32,000 nt of DNA from assembly GCA_964648855.1 (NCBI GenBank), contig CAZYLT010000003.1:1-32000 (forward strand). Direction: 5' to 3'. This DNA is from an uncultured archaeon. GTDB lineage: Archaea; Asgardarchaeota; Thorarchaeia; Thorarchaeales; Thorarchaeaceae. Shown here in pieces: positions 27,386-32,000 of the stretch (positions are counted from its first letter, which is position 1; every line of letters begins with the position of its first letter). The notes below the pieces were generated by a model. The model had not been told where the DNA came from and ran no database searches. It was given only the letters and a program-made list of their open reading frames with translations. The position numbers were made by a program, and so were the translations under genes.

Positions 27386-29221
27386 TTAGGTCATACGAGG
27401 TGCGCATTCAATCTCCAGGACTTGTGGATGGTTGAGGATTCTCTTAATAATGGAAGTAATCTGCTCGTTTTGCAGTTCTTCAATGAACTCAGCGGTCTTA
27501 CTCGTACTTATTGCCCTTAGTGATGATTCCATTTCTCTTCTTAATCCCTTCTCAATATTCAAGTATTCTGAGTAGACCAGAGCATTAGCAGTAGCATCAA
27601 TAAGCTGAACTTCGTTCCAATCCCCCCGGGCGGAACCATGAAGATCCTGTATGATATTGAAGAGTTTCGAGCATACGTCATCACTATCGGGGTATACAAC
27701 TGGAAACTCATCTAAGATGCCCGTATTCATGCAGGTTGTGTATTTTGAGTAATTGGTCAGGTATCGTGTTGAGATATACCTCGCAATTCGCGAGTTGAGA
27801 ATCAGACCTATTGTTTCCTTTCGGTATTTTGGGTTGGCAATTGAGATTCGAACTATACCTCCGCCATGCAGATACCCTTTCGGTTTCATCACACATCTTG
27901 GGTAGGGTAGATTCTTAGTGGCTATGAGGAACTCTTCTTCGATTTCACGCATATGCCTCTCAGAAGTTTCATACCAGCCATCTACATATTTCATCCATTT
28001 CTCTACGAGCTCGTATCGACCCACGCTTCGACCTTTTGTTGCAAAAGGGATTACAAACTTCCCGTGCTTTGTTTTCCGTAGATGTGCTGAAGGGATGTCT
28101 TTACCCCGAGATCCGGACAAGACATGTGTTTCACCTAGTTCAACGAGATGCTGATAGAAATCATCTTGGTATAACGAAACAATGCCAGATGGGTCAATGT
28201 ACCTGCGTGGAATCCAATGTCGGCCCTGTAGTTCTTCTCGTTTTGATAGGACCTCTAATGGATGTTCGTTTCCTTTGTCATTTCTAGAGCAGAAGAGCGT
28301 GATCATCTCAAGTGTCACATCTTCCCATGCCTTACCCTCGTCAACTATTTCCCAGAGATGCAATTCGCCGAAAATAAATTTCCGGATTTTTTCGAATTGC
28401 CCTACGCGCAGCAAGCTATTAGGCAGGATTAATCCCATTTGTCCATTTTCCGATAATAGCATCGCGGCACGTACTACAAACAGACAAGCTATGTTCCACG
28501 AGCCGCTTCGCCCACCGCTCACGTCAAAGGGGTAGCTTCCTGAAACATGCTGCCTCTCTTCCTTACTCATTATGTTTCCATATGGTGGATTCGCAATTAC
28601 GACATCGAATCCGGGGTTTCGTGTTTGGAATATTTGAGGAAATTCTTGGTTCCAATGAAATGGATTCGTCGTAGGCTTTGTTTCTCTTGAAGGTGTAAAT
28701 TCTGTGATGATGTCGCCCGTATCTAGGTGTCCAACAAGGCTGTTTCCTTGTTTGATATTGGCGTGAACTTGGGCGTGAGTAGGCGAGTCACTCTCAGTGA
28801 AATCCACATTGCACCAGTTCAGAAGAAGTCGCCGTGTTTTTCTAGTTGGGAGAGATAGCAAATCCACCCCAAAGAGGTTGTTTTTAACGATATGCGCCTT
28901 GATTTCTTCGTTCTTTCGAGTATCTCCGTACCTCTGCCGTAATTGCAGAAGATATTCTCCTGCTGCTAGAAGAAAGATGCCTTCTCCTACGGCGGGGTCG
29001 AGGATTCTAATCCTATCAATCAGACTCTGCAAGAGTCCGGGATTGTCATTGGCGGCATGAAACCCCTGCGTAAGAATAGAATACTTGGAAGCGCGTTTGA
29101 GATAGCCCTCAATGGTATTTTCTGCTATGTACCCTGCAATATCCTTGGGCGTATAGAATGAACCGGTGGGCTTGTCCCCATTCATCGTCTTTAGATTTTG
29201 CAATGTCAGGCCTATCTCCAC
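27386..29221 (-). CDS. N6-adenine DNA methyltransferase (gamma class, Eco57I/TaqI-like)
   Basis: GSFYTP (motif X), ILDPAVGEGIFL (motif I), LFGVD, NIKQGNSL, FDVVIANPPYG (motif IV), C-terminal TaqI-C-like ILNS; no nuclease domain evident. Confidence 0.85.
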   Translation of the reverse strand: MEIGLTLQNLKTMNGDKPTGSFYTPKDIAGYIAENTIEGYLKRASKYSILTQGFHAANDNPGLLQSLIDRIRILDPAVGEGIFLLAAGEYLLQLRQRYGDTRKNEEIKAHIVKNNLFGVDLLSLPTRKTRRLLLNWCNVDFTESDSPTHAQVHANIKQGNSLVGHLDTGDIITEFTPSRETKPTTNPFHWNQEFPQIFQTRNPGFDVVIANPPYGNIMSKEERQHVSGSYPFDVSGGRSGSWNIACLFVVRAAMLLSENGQMGLILPNSLLRVGQFEKIRKFIFGELHLWEIVDEGKAWEDVTLEMITLFCSRNDKGNEHPLEVLSKREELQGRHWIPRRYIDPSGIVSLYQDDFYQHLVELGETHVLSGSRGKDIPSAHLRKTKHGKFVIPFATKGRSVGRYELVEKWMKYVDGWYETSERHMREIEEEFLIATKNLPYPRCVMKPKGYLHGGGIVRISIANPKYRKETIGLILNSRIARYISTRYLTNYSKYTTCMNTGILDEFPVVYPDSDDVCSKLFNIIQDLHGSARGDWNEVQLIDATANALVYSEYLNIEKGLRREMESSLRAISTSKTAEFIEELQNEQITSIIKRILNHPQVLEIECAPRMT

Positions 29222-29387
29222 TACCTAGAGAGTCAGCCTAGCAATTTGAAAGCAGGTAACACAGGGGCATCATAGACTAGATATTGCCTAGAATGGCATG
29301 CGCGGTCAGATGTATATGAATTACAATTGAAAAAGAGATGTAGAGGAGAATCGCTTGGGGTGGAACCCAGATTCTCCTTGTCATAGT

Positions 29388-30266
29388 TTATCCTATTTTG
29401 GTTCCGCAGTTGGGGCAAAACTTGGCGCCATCGAGCTTCTGGCCACAATTGGGACAGAACTTCGCTCCTGCGGAGGCTGAGCCTCCGCCTTGGCCTTGTC
29501 CTGACATCTGTGCACCCATGGCACCCATCATTGCTGCTCCCGCACCAAATCCTGCACCAGAGCTTTTTCCAAGAGATGAAGCGGCATCTTTCATGGTCTC
29601 CGAGCCCATGACTTGCTGACCGCTAACTCCGCCGGTTTTCAACCAGAAGAGTCTCTCACGGTATTTTTCTGTTGTATCAATGCCTTCGAATTTCAGATCT
29701 ACAAGTTCTAGACCGATTCTCTCGAAGTTCATCCGAACCTTGGTCTTGACTTTCATTGAAGTCTCATCCAGCTGGGTAAACACAGCCTGGAGATCATAGT
29801 GTGCAAATTCATCAATGATTCGTTCATTCATGAAAGATCTGAGAAAGTCGTTAACCTTCTTGGTGGTGAAAGCGTTTTGATTACCAATAACTTCAGTGAC
29901 AAAGATCTTCGGTTCCTTTACTCTGAACCAAAAGTTTCCGTGAAACATAAGGGGCGCAAGGTCGCTTGTCTGGCCTCGTCCGCCATATTTACCTTGGAAC
30001 TGCCCACGAGAAACGAAAATACAGGTCGCTTCGAATACATCACCTTTGACCTTCTTTTGCAGCCATCCAACGAAAGAGGGCATGCTGCTCGTGGTTAGCT
30101 TATGTCTCCCTGCGAGGAACGTGTCCAGGGCCTTGCCATCTCGGTAGAAGATGGCCGCTTGATTCTCCATTACAATAAGCTGAGAGCCCCATTCAATTCT
30201 GTTGTCCGGATACCGCCAAACAATCTGATCGGGACCCGCATTTGTCCATTCTATAGCATCAGCCAT
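29388..30266 (-). CDS. SPFH/band-7 domain protein (YdjI-like) with C-terminal double zinc ribbon
   Basis: IVWRYP...I.WGSQLIV.ENQAAIFYRDGKALD...AGRH.L.T; Gly/Met-rich linker; AKFCPNCG twice. Confidence 0.85.
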   Translation of the reverse strand: MADAIEWTNAGPDQIVWRYPDNRIEWGSQLIVMENQAAIFYRDGKALDTFLAGRHKLTTSSMPSFVGWLQKKVKGDVFEATCIFVSRGQFQGKYGGRGQTSDLAPLMFHGNFWFRVKEPKIFVTEVIGNQNAFTTKKVNDFLRSFMNERIIDEFAHYDLQAVFTQLDETSMKVKTKVRMNFERIGLELVDLKFEGIDTTEKYRERLFWLKTGGVSGQQVMGSETMKDAASSLGKSSGAGFGAGAAMMGAMGAQMSGQGQGGGSASAGAKFCPNCGQKLDGAKFCPNCGTKIG

Positions 30267-30418
30267 TCTGAATACACCCGTAAGTAATTCGAGTACTGAA
30301 TGGTTACTACGTGGAGTGGTTTTAAACGTTCACATGCTATAGTAAAAGATGCTAATTCCGTTGCAAACAAGTTCTAAGTTATTAGGTAAGATGCGAAATT
30401 ACTTCTGGAGTCCTAGAT

Positions 30419-30871
30419 TTGAAAGCAACCCATGATGAACCTAAAGGAGAGGAACCCGACCAGAAGGAAGACAAAGGGACAAAGCGACGGCCATTCAATT
30501 TCATGAGAAGCTATATCGAAATTGGCGCTGGCATAATCGGTAGCTATGTCCTGCTCTATGTTATCGGGTATTTTGCCTTGATTTCCCTGATGCTCTTCAT
30601 AATCGTCGTTGTTGTTAGAGAAACCGTCTACATTCTACAAAGCTACGAGTATGGGTTTATCCGAAAGGCTGCTGTATTCAATGTGATTCACGCCGCGGGG
30701 TGGTTCATTGTATTGACCATCAATGCATTCACACTACTTGAATATGGTACTCCTTTGATTTTACCCCAATTTCCAACCTTGACCAATATGGCACCATTAT
30801 TCATCCTAATGGCACTGTTTGGGTCTAGAAATATCAGTGCGATGTACGTTCCTGACAAGAGGCAATCATAG
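30419..30871 (+). CDS. Hypothetical membrane protein (about 4 TM)
   Basis: Charged N-terminus then hydrophobic segments; fills the gap between flanking genes. Confidence 0.6.
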   Translation: MKATHDEPKGEEPDQKEDKGTKRRPFNFMRSYIEIGAGIIGSYVLLYVIGYFALISLMLFIIVVVVRETVYILQSYEYGFIRKAAVFNVIHAAGWFIVLTINAFTLLEYGTPLILPQFPTLTNMAPLFILMALFGSRNISAMYVPDKRQS

Positions 30872-30875
30872 AGGT

Positions 30876-31631
30876 CTAAACGGTCATCTCCATCAGGTCA
30901 TGTCCAAGCAGGACTTCGCTGTCGGATGTTCCTTTAATTATGGATAGAACGCTCTCCGCCGCATTGACAACTGGGGGCGATAGGTGAACGAGAGCCACCT
31001 TGGATGGCTGAGCATCAGCAACTATGGAGGCTAATTCACTTGGACTTGTATGCACTCTTTTTTCATGATTTCCGTCCAACCAGTTGCATTCATGTATCAG
31101 GAGATCAACAGCCGTTGCCAGCTCGGTTATTTCATCACAAGGAGCTGTGTCACTGGAATAAACAATACTCTTCCCCCTGTAATCTACACGATATGCTCTG
31201 GAATCCATATCTCCGTGGGAAGTTGGAACACAGCGAACGGTGAACTCATTGATCTTCACCTGGTCATATTCGCCAAGCTTGTGGCGCATAATGGGAAACC
31301 TCCCCTTCAGGTAAGAAAATGCCGTATCAAAGACACCTTCCCACCACTGATCCATTGCTGACGGGCCATAGACATGCAGCTCATCCCTCAAACCTGAGAG
31401 CCACAAGGTCTGGCACAGGGTCACAAAGTCTGAGCAATGGTCGATATGAAAATGGCTCAAAAGAACATGTTGAATTTTCGTTATATCGTCGACTACCTGC
31501 AGAAGTCTGTGCAGAATTCCCGATCCAGCATCAAGAAGAATCGGTATATCTTCGATTTCGACTAGAACTCCTGACTGAACACGTTCCGGATCCGGATACG
31601 AGGTACCTGTTCCCAGTAATGTCACTTTCAT
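30876..31631 (-). CDS. MBL-fold metallo-hydrolase, ribonuclease Z/AtsA-like
   Basis: LLGTG, LLDAGSG, LSHFHIDHCSD (HxHxDH), YSSDT, LIHEC, HTSP, LVHL. Confidence 0.88.
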   Translation of the reverse strand: MKVTLLGTGTSYPDPERVQSGVLVEIEDIPILLDAGSGILHRLLQVVDDITKIQHVLLSHFHIDHCSDFVTLCQTLWLSGLRDELHVYGPSAMDQWWEGVFDTAFSYLKGRFPIMRHKLGEYDQVKINEFTVRCVPTSHGDMDSRAYRVDYRGKSIVYSSDTAPCDEITELATAVDLLIHECNWLDGNHEKRVHTSPSELASIVADAQPSKVALVHLSPPVVNAAESVLSIIKGTSDSEVLLGHDLMEMTV

Positions 31632-31771
31632 TGTATATCCGCTCTCACTACAATTGGGTTCATGCCGCGTTATTATATTTCCTGAAACAGTGAGAAACGG
31701 ATTCTTGCTACAAGAATCTAGAATACACTCTTCGACAGATTAAAGGGTATCTTGTTTCTAATGGAGGATAG

Positions 31772-32000
31772 GTGGGCAAGTCGATGAACTCGGTAGGTAC
31801 AGGAGACGGAAATGACAAGGATGCAGAAGGGAGTATCTCTCAAGGTGAAAAGAAGGCCTTCGTTTCTTCATTATGGGAACAAATCCACCCCTATCTCATC
31901 GTACTTATTCTGATCTCTCTGGCTGTAGCGAAAGTGCTCGTAGTTGGGTTCCTCAATTTCCTCATCGAGTCAGAGCAGGTCATCTACACTGGTTCGTACC
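31772..32000 (+). CDS. 5' part of a probable membrane protein, truncated by window edge
   Basis: GGAGG at 31763-31767, GTG 31772 / ATG 31784, frame open to the end with hydrophobic YLIVLILISLAVAKVLVVGFLNFLI. Confidence 0.55.
   Translation, partial: MGKSMNSVGTGDGNDKDAEGSISQGEKKAFVSSLWEQIHPYLIVLILISLAVAKVLVVGFLNFLIESEQVIYTGSY

Noticed and set aside
27386-29221. Complete restriction-modification, BREX or DISARM defence island
   Set aside because: No nuclease, helicase, PglZ or ATPase partners nearby.
30876-31631. Assigning the gene symbol rnz
   Set aside because: At 251 aa it seems to lack the tRNA-binding exosite arm, so only a family-level call is supported.
1-32000. CRISPR arrays, IS elements, integrases, rRNA or tRNA genes
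   Set aside because: No spaced direct repeats, transposase/integrase ORFs or RNA-gene signatures seen; coding density leaves only short gaps.

Overview
Gene-dense archaeal chromosomal segment, most likely from an Asgard archaeon (Thorarchaeia-like). This is inferred from a gelsolin-domain gene next to a roadblock/LC7 gene, together with archaeal thermosome, Rpo6, AK6, MEMO1 and ThiR genes. In order, it holds: the 3' end of a surface protein, a PLP Cys/Met gamma-family enzyme, roadblock and gelsolin genes, a thiBPQ-like thiamine ABC transporter divergent from a ThiR regulator with a candidate palindromic operator, a GNAT, an Ig-repeat surface protein, a coupled three-gene glycyl-radical-enzyme operon (GRE, activase, tandem FMN split-barrel protein), a GNAT with an ACT-domain regulator, and an orphan nucleotidyltransferase. 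A long minus-strand housekeeping run follows (membrane HhH protein, Ard1/RimI, DUF89, thermosome, HhH-fused Rpo6, MgtC/DUF4010, hisS, MEMO1). The window ends with AK6, an orphan N6-adenine DNA methyltransferase, an SPFH/zinc-ribbon protein, an RNase Z-like hydrolase and small membrane proteins. I saw no rRNA, tRNA, CRISPR array or transposase. The best leads are the uncharacterised GRE operon, the HhH-Rpo6 fusion and the gelsolin-roadblock pair. All calls come from motifs recognised by eye; no searches were run.
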